From positions 224,360-288,359 of the forward strand of contig JAJXYN010000009.1 of assembly GCA_021780535.1 (NCBI GenBank): DNA of 64,000 nucleotides, written 5' to 3'. The position numbers and the translations under genes were made by a program. This document shows positions 1 to 10,062 of this stretch, one piece after another (position 1 is the stretch's first letter; the number at the start of each line of letters is the position of its first letter). The notes beneath the pieces are model-generated. The model saw nothing but the letters and a program-made list of their open reading frames with translations, was not told where the DNA came from and ran no database searches. The stretch is from a bacterium (lineage in GTDB: Bacteria; Patescibacteriota; Patescibacteriia; JAGPKW01).

Positions 1-171
1 GCACTAATAAATATACAACTTGATATCGTTATTCTATTTATTATACTAATATTAATTCCTATTATATTAAGTATAATAAAATTTATAATTGGAATGATAA
101 TAATATTTGGTAAAAGCAAGAATAAAATTACATTAGAAAATATAAAAGACAAAATTAAAATATTTGATTAG
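1..171 (+). CDS. 3' end of a hydrophobic (membrane) protein, truncated by the window edge
   Basis: Open frame from base 1 to TAG at 169-171 (ALINIQLDIVILFIILILIPIILSIIKF...), followed by a terminator hairpin. Confidence 0.5.
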   Translation, partial: ALINIQLDIVILFIILILIPIILSIIKFIIGMIIIFGKSKNKITLENIKDKIKIFD

Positions 172-180
172 ATTAAAAAT

Positions 181-218
181 AAAAAAATAGACCATAATTT
201 AAATTGTGGTCTATTTTT
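181..218. terminator. Bidirectional intrinsic terminator
   Basis: AAAAAAATAGACCA...TGGTCTATTTTT inverted repeat between convergent genes. Confidence 0.7.
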
Positions 219-231
219 GTAATTGCTATTT

Positions 232-729
232 TTATTTAACAACTGGAGTAGTTGGAGTTGCTACGTTAGCTAATTTTGTTTCTAGATCTGATTTTGTTTT
301 ATTAAATTTAGCTATTCTAGTATCAATAATTTTTTCTTTACTAGCTTTTACAGAAGCTGATAATTTTGTATTAGCTTCATATGCAACTTTTTGATCTTGA
401 GCTGTTATTATTTCTTTATCAATTGCAGCAATTTTATTTTCTAACATTTTTTTTGTTTGAGCAGATGTATCTTTCTTGGTAGTAGTTGATTTTGCTGTTG
501 TTACTTTTTTAACATTTGCCTTTTTTGCTGTTGTTACTTTTTTAACATTTGCCTTTTTTGCTATTTTACTTACCACTTTTTTAATATCTGTCTTTGCTTT
601 TACTTTCACAACTGGAGTTACTGATGGTGATGTAGCAACTTGTTTTGTTGTTACTAAAGCAAAAGATTGAGAAGCTAACAAAGCTGTTGCAAATACTCCA
701 ACTAATGCTAATTTTGTTTGATTTTTCAT
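232..729 (-). CDS. Secreted Lys/Thr-rich hypothetical protein
   Basis: Signal peptide ending SFA; basic low-complexity body with AKKANVKKVTT repeated. Confidence 0.75.
   Translation of the reverse strand: MKNQTKLALVGVFATALLASQSFALVTTKQVATSPSVTPVVKVKAKTDIKKVVSKIAKKANVKKVTTAKKANVKKVTTAKSTTTKKDTSAQTKKMLENKIAAIDKEIITAQDQKVAYEANTKLSASVKASKEKIIDTRIAKFNKTKSDLETKLANVATPTTPVVK
491..562. repeat. In-frame 33-bp tandem repeat (about 2.2 copies)
   Basis: TTTGCTGTTGTTACTTTTTTAACATTTGCCTTT at 491-523 and 524-556. Confidence 0.9.
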
Positions 730-811
730 ATTTTTATAATTAATTTTAATATTGGTTTTATTTTTATATTGTGATCGAATTTTAACGACCTTTTATTCTT
801 TCATGTTTTAT

Positions 812-837
812 TACGATATTTATAAAAATATGTTACA
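812..837 (-). promoter_or_regulatory. Putative ECF-sigma promoter TGTAAC-N16-CGTA
   Basis: Same -35/-10 elements and spacing as the site upstream of the ECF sigma gene (2477-2502). Confidence 0.7.
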
Positions 838-842
838 TTATC

Positions 843-1934
843 TTATTTAATTTTGTTATTTTTATTATTTTTATTGAAAATATTTGGATTATTAATGATA
901 AATTCTGCATCTTTTAGATCTTTTTCTGCTGATTTACTGTTCCCGTTATTATATTTTACTTTTGAATCTATTAATTTATTTTCTATAATCATCATTATGT
1001 TTTCTGAGGCTTTTTCGCTAAAGCCCTTTTTTAATAAATTATTTTTTAAATCTATTTGTTTATTGTTTATATCTTCTATATATTTTTTAAAACTATCTTT
1101 ATTTACTGGATCTATAAATGAATTTTCTAAAATATCTGTTGTAAGATCTATTTTTATTTCTGAAAGATTTTTTGTATTGCTTGTATTTATTTTGGAATAT
1201 ATTGAATTAATTTGTTCCTTGTTTCTATAAGCAATATCTAAAGATCTAGATGTTGTATTTATAATATCTTTAATTTCTTTAGTATCTTGGTCATCATTTA
1301 TTGATGTGCTAGCTAAATTTTCTAAAACCTCTATTTCTCTATTGATTGTATTGTTAAATATATCTAGTGCTTGCTTTAGTTCATTAGGATTTTTTAATTT
1401 TTTTATTTCTAATATTGTTTTATCTTTTAAATTTTTTATATCCTTCATAGTTTCAGCTATTGCTGTCTTTGAATAAACTTTTGTATTTATTGATGTATTA
1501 ACTTCAGCAGCATAAACCGTGTTTATAAATAACGTGCTTGTTGTTGTGTTATTTTGTGCATCTTTTTTTATATTTTTACTTTGTATATTTTTTATTTCGT
1601 CTAATTTTTGGTTAATTAAATTATTGTAGTATTTAATTTTAGATAAATTAGAAACTTTTGTTGAAGATACTATATTTTGTAAATCTGTTTTTATTGGATA
1701 TAAATAATCACCCATCGTGATGTTTGAAGAATTTATTATATATGATGACGATACAAAAATGATAGCAAATGAAGACGCTGTTATTAATTCAACAAAAAAA
1801 ATCTTTCTATTTATTTTATGCTTTTTAATAGATAAAAATAATAACTTTATAAATAACTTAAAACTGCCAAATATACTCATTTTATATTTTGGCATATTAC
1901 CTAACATATATTTTAAATCTTTATTATTTTCCAT
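843..1934 (-). CDS. DUF5667-like membrane protein, probable anti-sigma factor
   Basis: Overlaps the ECF sigma stop; one TM helix followed by GDYLYPIK motif. Confidence 0.65.
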   Translation of the reverse strand: MENNKDLKYMLGNMPKYKMSIFGSFKLFIKLLFLSIKKHKINRKIFFVELITASSFAIIFVSSSYIINSSNITMGDYLYPIKTDLQNIVSSTKVSNLSKIKYYNNLINQKLDEIKNIQSKNIKKDAQNNTTTSTLFINTVYAAEVNTSINTKVYSKTAIAETMKDIKNLKDKTILEIKKLKNPNELKQALDIFNNTINREIEVLENLASTSINDDQDTKEIKDIINTTSRSLDIAYRNKEQINSIYSKINTSNTKNLSEIKIDLTTDILENSFIDPVNKDSFKKYIEDINNKQIDLKNNLLKKGFSEKASENIMMIIENKLIDSKVKYNNGNSKSAEKDLKDAEFIINNPNIFNKNNKNNKIK

Positions 1935-2463
1935 TTTTATTATTTTCTTCTATTATTTTTTTCAATTTAGCAAGTGTTCTATGAACCATAACTCTTATCG
2001 TACCTTCTTTTTTGTTTAATAATTTTGATATTTCTTCATAATCTATGTCGTCTATAAATTTTAATACTATTATTTCTTTTTCTAACTTAGATAATTTATT
2101 AATAGACCCTAACAAATCTTCTTTTAAAATTTCATTATCTATTTTATATTCAAAATCTTCTTTGTAACTTAAATTTATATCTTCTTCTATATTATTATCT
2201 TCAGCTTCTAATAATGCATCTATTGATAAATCTTTTTTATCTTTTCTATAATAATCTACCAGATGATTATGTGCTATTCTATATATCCAAGGTCCAAATT
2301 CTTTTGTATTATCAAAAGAATCCACTCCATTTATTGCTTTTTCAAATACATCAGAAACTAAATCTTCTGACAGCTCTCTATTAAAGCCTGTCCTATAAAA
2401 AAAATAATTAAATATTTTATCCTTAAATTTATTATAATTTTTTAAAAAATCAAGTGAACTCAT
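1924..2463 (-). CDS. ECF (sigma-70 group 4) RNA polymerase sigma factor
   Basis: Region 2 (SEDLVSDVF, WIYRIAHNHLVDYYR) and region 4 (YEEISKLLNKKEGTIRVMVHR). Confidence 0.95.
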   Translation of the reverse strand: MSSLDFLKNYNKFKDKIFNYFFYRTGFNRELSEDLVSDVFEKAINGVDSFDNTKEFGPWIYRIAHNHLVDYYRKDKKDLSIDALLEAEDNNIEEDINLSYKEDFEYKIDNEILKEDLLGSINKLSKLEKEIIVLKFIDDIDYEEISKLLNKKEGTIRVMVHRTLAKLKKIIEENNKNGK

Positions 2464-2476
2464 CTCATGTTTTTTA

Positions 2477-2502
2477 TACGATATTAGTATTTTTTTGTTA
2501 CA
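2477..2502 (-). promoter_or_regulatory. Putative autoregulatory ECF promoter TGTAAC-N16-CGTA
   Basis: Minus strand TGTAAC aaaaaaatactaatat CGTA just upstream of the sigma start; AAC/CGT is the typical ECF pattern. Confidence 0.7.
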
Positions 2503-2505
2503 AGT

Positions 2506-4179
2506 TTATTCTTTTTTAGAAAATATTCCTGGTATTATATTATAATTTATTTTTATTATTGCAATACCCATATTTATAAAACTAGATCCTTCTTTGTAAA
2601 TTATATATCTTGATTCCCATTTGGGATGAAATTTTTCCTTAAATAAACTTAATCCCTTGAAATTATAAATTGAATTTAGATTTTTATACATAAAATTAAA
2701 TAATTTTTCCATTGTTTTATCTTCTTTACTTTCTCCAACTAAATAAAATGGGCTTAAACCTAAATTAACATTTTTTATGTTTTTTGATTTTGCATAATTA
2801 AATAATTCTACAAATAAAAATTCCATTACCCCATTATTTTCAGAATTTATTTTTCTTCTCATTAGATCTACTCCTATTTCATTATTGTTTTTATTTTCTA
2901 TTATATTTAAAAATGCTTCAATATCTCCTTTTGAGTTTTCTACTGTTAAAAATGTTGTTGTCTTAATATATTCATCATTAATACATCCCATTGCAAATCC
3001 ACCATTTTCTTTATTGTTATGAGAAGATAACCAATCATTTGTTATGCTTTTTAATTTATGAATAAAATGATTTTCTATTGGGGGATTATATATTTTAAAT
3101 GAATAATTTTCTTTTATTTTTTTTACTATACTTCTTATTTTTTTATTTTCATGTCCTTCTAAAGTAAAATTTTCTGAATCTACTATTGCCTCTCTTCCTA
3201 TTTTAAAATTACTAAAATTAGCTTTTCTATAAGCGTCTAAATATTTATCAGATGCTTGATAAAAATAAACATTCCAATCATTTTTATTTCCAAATTCTAT
3301 AAATTCTTTTATATCATCTTCTATAAAAATCTCATCACCTATCGGATCACCTAAAACTAAACAACTTCTACCAGATGTTTTGTATGCTATTAATGAATTG
3401 TGATTTGTAAAAAAATAATTTTTATCACCTATTAAACAAAAACTAGATATTAAAAATTTAGATTTTGATTTTAATATTTCTGTTGCTTTTAATTTTTCTT
3501 GTTTGCTTGGTTTATTTTTTATTAATATTGGCTGAACAATTTTAAAAAATGAATACAAAGATAAGCTTACAAATAATATATCAAATGAAATTATAAATTT
3601 GTTATATTTTATGCCCTCTAAGCCTTTTATATTTGAATTCACCAGTATATTCACTACGGATTTTGAGCCATCAATTAAATTTAATTCCATATTGTGCCTT
3701 TCGTAAATGATATGCGACCCTATAAAACCGTAAACAAAAATTATAACCAAAGAAACAATAGCCCTTATTATACCATCTTTTATTGACGGTTTATCAGATA
3801 ATACATTGTAATACTTTCTATTTACAAATATCCAAGACATTAATATTAAGAAAAAAATTGCTTCTTCATAATCAAATCCTTTTATTAAATTAAGTATTGC
3901 CGATATCATAAAAATTATAAAAGCTAAATACCATGCAGTTTTTTTTCTTCTTAATAAATTAATAGATAAAAATATTAAAAATACACCAAAAAACATTGTT
4001 ATAAATTTTGCTCCACTTGATACATCGGTCGGGATAAAATTGTACAAGAATCCTAATCTTTCTTTGATTGATGGTGTTATTGATGAAAAAATATTTATCA
4101 AACCAGATATAATCGTTATTATACCTATTGAATCTATGTTTATTTTTTCAATAATATCTTTGTTTAAAGTATTTTTCAT
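2506..4179 (-). CDS. MprF/LysX-like aminoacyl-phosphatidylglycerol synthase (DUF2156 domain plus TM region)
   Basis: N-terminal TM helices; LGDPIG, DLMRR, GVMEFLF, YNFKGLSLFKEKFHPKWESRY motifs. Confidence 0.9.
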   Translation of the reverse strand: MKNTLNKDIIEKINIDSIGIITIISGLINIFSSITPSIKERLGFLYNFIPTDVSSGAKFITMFFGVFLIFLSINLLRRKKTAWYLAFIIFMISAILNLIKGFDYEEAIFFLILMSWIFVNRKYYNVLSDKPSIKDGIIRAIVSLVIIFVYGFIGSHIIYERHNMELNLIDGSKSVVNILVNSNIKGLEGIKYNKFIISFDILFVSLSLYSFFKIVQPILIKNKPSKQEKLKATEILKSKSKFLISSFCLIGDKNYFFTNHNSLIAYKTSGRSCLVLGDPIGDEIFIEDDIKEFIEFGNKNDWNVYFYQASDKYLDAYRKANFSNFKIGREAIVDSENFTLEGHENKKIRSIVKKIKENYSFKIYNPPIENHFIHKLKSITNDWLSSHNNKENGGFAMGCINDEYIKTTTFLTVENSKGDIEAFLNIIENKNNNEIGVDLMRRKINSENNGVMEFLFVELFNYAKSKNIKNVNLGLSPFYLVGESKEDKTMEKLFNFMYKNLNSIYNFKGLSLFKEKFHPKWESRYIIYKEGSSFINMGIAIIKINYNIIPGIFSKKE

Positions 4180-4180
4180 A

Positions 4181-4531
4181 TTATTTATTTTGTTGCAATA
4201 TTAAACTACTTATCTCTATTGCGTCAATATCATGACTACTTAAAAATTTACCTCGTATATTTATACTATCTCCTTTTTCTAACTTTAATTTTTGTTTAAA
4301 AATAGTATTTTCTGAAATATTTATCTTCCATTTTACTCCATTATTATCTTTAACGTATAAATATTGCTCATCTTTTGTTATTTTTGTATCCTCTATAACT
4401 CCTTTTAAATAATAATTTTCGCCTATTGTTGTACCGTTAATCACGTTTTTATTTTTGAAATACAAAATAAATACAATTATAAAAATTATTAATACAATAA
4501 TTGATATGATTAATTTTATTTGTTTATTCAT
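4181..4531 (-). CDS. Membrane-anchored hypothetical protein (possible DUF5666/OB-like fold)
   Basis: N-terminal TM helix; LEKGDSINIRG pattern. Confidence 0.6.
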   Translation of the reverse strand: MNKQIKLIISIIVLIIFIIVFILYFKNKNVINGTTIGENYYLKGVIEDTKITKDEQYLYVKDNNGVKWKINISENTIFKQKLKLEKGDSINIRGKFLSSHDIDAIEISSLILQQNK

Positions 4532-4673
4532 ATTTAAATATTATATAGTAATTTTATCATAATATTTTTACAATATAAAAAATAGCTACTTCTAGCCATT
4601 TATAATACTACGTGGCCTCCTAATGCAGAACTTCCTATTTTCTAAATTCACTTCACTCATTAAAAAAATGCGG

Positions 4674-4745
4674 TGCCGACGGTGAGAATCGAACTCACGA
4701 CGCCAGGCTCTTCAGGCCTGCGCTCTACCACTGAGCTACATCGGC
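4674..4745 (-). tRNA. tRNA-Phe(GAA)
   Basis: Cloverleaf GCCGATG...CGTCGGC-A; anticodon arm CAGGC-CTGAAGA-GCCTG; TTCGATT T-loop; followed by CCG rather than CCA. Confidence 0.95.
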
Positions 4746-4837
4746 TTTAATATGAATAACAATATAACAGATATTATAACTTTAGACAAGACTTATAATA
4801 AAAAACAGGGCTTTAATATTTTAGCCCTGCAATATGA

Positions 4838-5776
4838 CTATTTTAAGCCATAAAATTCACTCATTGTTACAAATTTATAACCATCTTTTATATATTTTGA
4901 TAATATCTCTCTTAAATATATCTTATTACCTTCTTGATCTTCATCACAATGCAGAACTAATACAAACTTGTTATTAAACTCTAACTTGACTGCATTATTA
5001 TATACAGTTTTAACTGTGGTTTTAGTGCCCCAATCACCACAACTAGTACCTATTGTCACAATATAGCCAAATTTTTCTTTTATTGCCTCATTATATTTTT
5101 TTGTAGTTGAAAAATATGGTGGCCTGAAAAATCTTACCGGTCCAGAGTAATATTTTTCTATTTCATTCTTGCATTTATTTATATTTTCTAAGGCTTTTTC
5201 TATTGAAATATCTACCATATTCACATGATCATATGTATGATTCGCTATCTCATGATTACTTGCAACAATTCTATCAAATGACTTCTTAAATCTAGTAATA
5301 TTTCTACCGACAATGAAGAATGTTGCTTTTATTTTATATTCATCAAGTATATCTAGTAATTTTTCAGTTCCCTTATGTGGTCCATCATCAAAACATAATG
5401 CTACTATTTTTTCCCCATTATTATTCAAATTTTTATTATTATTTGTTTTGCTTACTTGATTGATGGTTTTAATGTTTTTTGGTTTTTCTACTTGTGGCTG
5501 TATTTTTTTAAATACAACAGGTTTAACCATTTTTATTAATCCAGTATTGTAATCATATAAATTAAAACTTATAGGACTTGCATTTACATTATTATGTTCT
5601 TGAATAATATTATCTTCTGTTTTAACCAAAAGCCTTGACGATGTATTTTTATTAATAATTCTACTATCACTTTCAAATGATGCGGAATTACCACCTACTA
5701 CAAATACATAAAAAAATACTAAAAGAGTAATTCTTGGCATATTCACGACGAGCCCCCTTGTGAATTGTATAAACAA
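4838..5776 (-). CDS. Polysaccharide deacetylase (NodB/CE4 family)
   Basis: CFDDGP, ATFFIVG, NHTYDH, FRPPY and LH motifs; the true start may be slightly downstream. Confidence 0.9.
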   Translation of the reverse strand: MFIQFTRGLVVNMPRITLLVFFYVFVVGGNSASFESDSRIINKNTSSRLLVKTEDNIIQEHNNVNASPISFNLYDYNTGLIKMVKPVVFKKIQPQVEKPKNIKTINQVSKTNNNKNLNNNGEKIVALCFDDGPHKGTEKLLDILDEYKIKATFFIVGRNITRFKKSFDRIVASNHEIANHTYDHVNMVDISIEKALENINKCKNEIEKYYSGPVRFFRPPYFSTTKKYNEAIKEKFGYIVTIGTSCGDWGTKTTVKTVYNNAVKLEFNNKFVLVLHCDEDQEGNKIYLREILSKYIKDGYKFVTMSEFYGLK

Positions 5777-5830
5777 GCTACCAGATATTATAACAAATGT
5801 AAATAAAAAAGAGACATTAAGTCTCTAATT

Positions 5831-7342
5831 TTATTTTATTAATATATTACCCGTCATTTCTTTTGGAATATCAAGATTTAACATGTTTAATATTGTTGGT
5901 GCTATATCATTTAAATAGCCGATTTTATTTGCAAATGTTTTTCCTTTATATTCTTCGCCAAAAACTATAAATGGAACCGGATTTAACGAATGAGATGTTA
6001 TTGGCTGATTTGATATTGGATCAAATTTTTCTTCTGCATTTCCATGATCAGCTGTAATTATAACTGTTGCGTCGTGCTTTTTTGCTTCTTCTAATATTTT
6101 TCCTATAGCTACATCAACCGCTTCAACACCTTTAATTATTGCTTCCCAATTTCCAGTGTGACCAACCATATCGCAATTTACTAGATTTGTAGCTATAAAT
6201 GAATATTTTTCTTCGGAAATAGCTTTTACAACTTCAGAGCTTATTTCTTTAGCTTTCATTTCTGGTTTTTCATCATGAGTTTTTACATTCTTATTACTAT
6301 CTATCATAATCCTATCCTCTCCTTCTTCTGATTCATATTTTTGAGCATTGAAGAAAAAAGTTAAATGAACAAATTTTTCAGTTTCTGTAACTTTTAATTG
6401 TTTTAAATTATTTCTACTTATAACTTCTGATAATGTATTATTTATAATTTCTTTCCCAAATAAAGCTTCTATATCTATAGTTGTATCTTTATCATCAAAA
6501 TAATTTGTCATTGTAACAAATTTTAAATTTTGTATTTTTGCATCATATATCATTCTTGTTATCTGTACCGCTCTATCACTTCTAAAATTTGCAAATATTA
6601 ATCCGTCATTTTCTTTTATTTCATGTCCATTTTTTACAAATACTGGTTCTATAAATTCGTCTGTTATATTTTTTGAATATGAATTGCTTATAATTTCTTC
6701 TGCACTATTTTCTTCTATAAAATCTTTTTTTGTTATTGTGTTAAAATATTTTTCTGTACGATCCATATTTTTATCACGATCCATCGCAAAATATCTTCCT
6801 GATATTGATGATATTCTTACCTCAGCAAAATCAGATATATAATCTTCTATATCTTTTAAATACTCTATAGATGATCTTGGAAATGTATCTCTTCCATCTG
6901 TTATTAAGTGCAATGAGATTTTTTTAATATTATTATCTTCTGCAATTTTTATTAATGCTTTTATATGATTTGAATGTCCATGAACACCACCCGGACCAAG
7001 TATCCCCATTATATGAAATGTACTATTATTCTCATTGACATGTTTTATTGTTTTTAATAAAACTTCATTATCTTTTAATGTATTATTCTTTATTGAATTA
7101 TCTATTTTTAATAAATTTTGATAAATTATTCTCCCAGAACCAATTATAAGATGGTTTGCCTCAGATGTTCCCATTTGGCCATCTGGCAAACCTATATCTT
7201 CTCCAGAAGCTTTTAATAAACAGTTTGGATAATTATTATATAAATAATTTAAATTTGGAGTGTTAGCATTAGCTATTGCATTATATTCTTTTTTTGGGCT
7301 ATATCCCATTCCATCGCATATTATTAGTACTATTTGCTTCAT
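5831..7342 (-). CDS. gpmI: 2,3-bisphosphoglycerate-independent phosphoglycerate mutase
   Basis: GLPDGQMGTSE, GGVH, DGRD, GRYFAMDRD, DMVGHTG, ADHGNAE motifs. Confidence 0.97.
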   Translation of the reverse strand: MKQIVLIICDGMGYSPKKEYNAIANANTPNLNYLYNNYPNCLLKASGEDIGLPDGQMGTSEANHLIIGSGRIIYQNLLKIDNSIKNNTLKDNEVLLKTIKHVNENNSTFHIMGILGPGGVHGHSNHIKALIKIAEDNNIKKISLHLITDGRDTFPRSSIEYLKDIEDYISDFAEVRISSISGRYFAMDRDKNMDRTEKYFNTITKKDFIEENSAEEIISNSYSKNITDEFIEPVFVKNGHEIKENDGLIFANFRSDRAVQITRMIYDAKIQNLKFVTMTNYFDDKDTTIDIEALFGKEIINNTLSEVISRNNLKQLKVTETEKFVHLTFFFNAQKYESEEGEDRIMIDSNKNVKTHDEKPEMKAKEISSEVVKAISEEKYSFIATNLVNCDMVGHTGNWEAIIKGVEAVDVAIGKILEEAKKHDATVIITADHGNAEEKFDPISNQPITSHSLNPVPFIVFGEEYKGKTFANKIGYLNDIAPTILNMLNLDIPKEMTGNILIK

Positions 7343-7487
7343 ATTATCTCTATTTGTTATTTATTAATTTATGTACAATGATTCTATAATAAAAAATGAT
7401 GTATGGAAAGAGATGAAAAAAATAAATTCAAATTAAAAATTTTCTATGCTATTATATTGATATAAGTTTAAATTTTATTAGATAAAA

Positions 7488-10022
7488 ATGTCTATCAACG
7501 AAGACTACAAACAAAAATCTATAGATGATTTAATTAAAGAATTAAATTCCTCAAAAAAAGGATTATCTGACAACGAAGCTAAACTAAGAATAAAAAAATT
7601 TGGTTTTAATGAAATAAAAAAAAGTAAAAAAATAAATCCTGTTTTTAAATTTTTATCTTTTTTAATTGATCCTTTATCTATAATACTTATTATAGCTGCT
7701 TTAATATCTGGCGTTACTGGTAGTTTCAAAAATTTTATAGTTATTATTATAATGGTTTTTGTAAGTGGTTTATTAAAATTTTATCAAGAATTTAAATCAG
7801 GAAAAGCTGCCGAAGCTATAGCTAAAAAACTGGCTATAAAATCTACGGTTTTAAGAAACAAAGAAAAGCAAGAAGTACCATCTAAGGAAATAGTAACTGG
7901 TGATATTGTTTTTTTATCTGCTGGTGATATCGTCCCAGCTGATGGAAAGATAATTAATTGTGATGATTTTTTTGTGAACGAATCTTCTTTAACTGGTGAG
8001 AGTTTTCCTGTTGAAAAATCTATTGATGGTGAATATAAAAATTCTTTTATCTATTCTGCTTCTAATGTAATATCTGGCTATGCAACATATCTTGTTTTAA
8101 AAACTGGAAAAGATACAGAATATGGTAAAATTGCTGAAAAAATAAATACTAATGAACCGGCAACAGCCTTTGAAGTTGGAATTAAAAAATTTAGCTTTTT
8201 GATTTTAAAATTAATAGTTGGACTTGTTGCTATAATTTTTTTTATCAATACCATACAACACAAAAATGTGCTTGATTCTTTTGTTTTCGCTATTGCTGTT
8301 GCGGTTGGTGTCACGCCAGAATTATTATCTATGATTATGAGCGTTAATATGGCAAAGGGCTCTATTGCTATGTCTAAAAAAGGTGTTATTGTTAAAAAAC
8401 TTGATGCTATACCAGATTTTGGAAGTATGGATATTTTATGTACTGATAAAACTGGGACATTGACTCAGGATAAAATTAGTTTAGTAAAAAATTTAGATGT
8501 AAATGGAAACGAATCATTAAAAGTTTTTGAACTTGTATATATAAATGGTAATCTTGAAACTGGAATTAAAAATCTTTTAGATAGAGCTATTTTGGAATTT
8601 GGAGAAAAAGAAAAAATAAAAAGTTTGTCAGAAATTAAAAAAATTAAAAAAATAGATGAAATTCCTTATGATTTTTTTAGAAAAAGATCTTCTATAGTTT
8701 ATATTGAAAAGAAAAATAAATTAATGGTTACAAAAGGAGCTCCTGAAGAAATATTTAAAATATGCTCTTACTATTTAGAAAATGACAAGGAAAACAAGAT
8801 AACAAAAAAAGTATTAGATGGAACTAAAAAAATATATAATGATTTATGCGCACAGGGTTTTAGAGTTTTAGCAATAGCAAGTAAAGATGTTGACGATAAT
8901 AAAACAAAATATTTAGTGCATGAAGAATTGGGAATGACACTTGTTGGATTTATTGCTTTTTTTGATCCACCAAAGATTAGTGCAAAAAAAACTCTTATTT
9001 TTATGAGAAATAGTGGTATTGAAATTAAAATATTAACTGGTGATTCTCATCTTGTTACTAAAAAAGTTTGCGAAGAATTAGATATTCCAATAAAAGGTAT
9101 TATCACCGGCGATGAATTAGATATAAATAATATTAGTGATGAAGAGCTTGGCAGAAAAGCTTTAAATATAACTATCTTTGGGAGAATGTCACCATCTCAA
9201 AAAGAAAGAATTATAATAGCTCTTAAAAAAACTGGCGCTATTGTTGGATATATGGGTGATGGTATTAATGACGCCCCTGCATTAAAATCTGCCGATGTTG
9301 GTATTTCTGTTGATAATGGTACTGATATTGCTAAAGAAAGTTCTGATATTATATTGATGAAAAAAGGATTAAAAGAATTAATAGACGGAGTTATTGAGGG
9401 TAGAAAAACATTTGGGAATACTATGAAATATATAATGATGGGATTATCTTCTAATTTTGGAAATATGTTTTCTATGATAGCAGCGGCTATATATTTACCA
9501 TTTTTTCCAATGTTACCATCTCAAATATTAGTAAATAATTTTATTTATGATTTATCACAAATATCTATACCATCAGATAATGTTGATGAAGAATATTTAA
9601 ATAAACCAAAGAGATGGGATATAAAATTTATTAGAAAATTTACTTTTATATTTGGACCGATTAGTTCATTGTTTGATATTTTAACATTTATTTTACTATT
9701 TAATGTATTTCATTTAAAAAATTCTCAATTCCAAACTGGTTGGTTTATAGAATCTTTATTAACTCAAGTTTTAGTTATTTTTATAATAAGAACTAATAAA
9801 AATCCATTAAAATCTAAACCAAGTAAATATATAGTATTAAGTAGTTTATTAGCATTACTTATTGGATTTACATTAATATCTCCTTTGTTTGCTAAATATA
9901 TAGAATTTTCATTATTGCCTATAAATGTATTGTTATCAATTTTTGTTTTAGTGTTTATTTATTTAATCCTTGTGGAAATTATAAAAAAAGTTTTTTATAA
10001 GAAGATATATACTAATAATTAA
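7488..10022 (+). CDS. mgtA: Mg2+-translocating P-type ATPase
   Basis: TGES, TPEL, DKTGTLT, KGAPEE, GDGIND, SSNFGNMFS and FQTGWFIES motifs of MgtA. Confidence 0.93.
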   Translation: MSINEDYKQKSIDDLIKELNSSKKGLSDNEAKLRIKKFGFNEIKKSKKINPVFKFLSFLIDPLSIILIIAALISGVTGSFKNFIVIIIMVFVSGLLKFYQEFKSGKAAEAIAKKLAIKSTVLRNKEKQEVPSKEIVTGDIVFLSAGDIVPADGKIINCDDFFVNESSLTGESFPVEKSIDGEYKNSFIYSASNVISGYATYLVLKTGKDTEYGKIAEKINTNEPATAFEVGIKKFSFLILKLIVGLVAIIFFINTIQHKNVLDSFVFAIAVAVGVTPELLSMIMSVNMAKGSIAMSKKGVIVKKLDAIPDFGSMDILCTDKTGTLTQDKISLVKNLDVNGNESLKVFELVYINGNLETGIKNLLDRAILEFGEKEKIKSLSEIKKIKKIDEIPYDFFRKRSSIVYIEKKNKLMVTKGAPEEIFKICSYYLENDKENKITKKVLDGTKKIYNDLCAQGFRVLAIASKDVDDNKTKYLVHEELGMTLVGFIAFFDPPKISAKKTLIFMRNSGIEIKILTGDSHLVTKKVCEELDIPIKGIITGDELDINNISDEELGRKALNITIFGRMSPSQKERIIIALKKTGAIVGYMGDGINDAPALKSADVGISVDNGTDIAKESSDIILMKKGLKELIDGVIEGRKTFGNTMKYIMMGLSSNFGNMFSMIAAAIYLPFFPMLPSQILVNNFIYDLSQISIPSDNVDEEYLNKPKRWDIKFIRKFTFIFGPISSLFDILTFILLFNVFHLKNSQFQTGWFIESLLTQVLVIFIIRTNKNPLKSKPSKYIVLSSLLALLIGFTLISPLFAKYIEFSLLPINVLLSIFVLVFIYLILVEIIKKVFYKKIYTNN

Positions 10023-10062
10023 TAAAAAAATAAGTATCGCATTTGTGCAATACTTATTTTTA

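Noticed and set aside
4592-4660. 22-codon ORF downstream of tRNA-Phe on the minus strand
   Set aside because: Too short, with no RBS or recognisable motif
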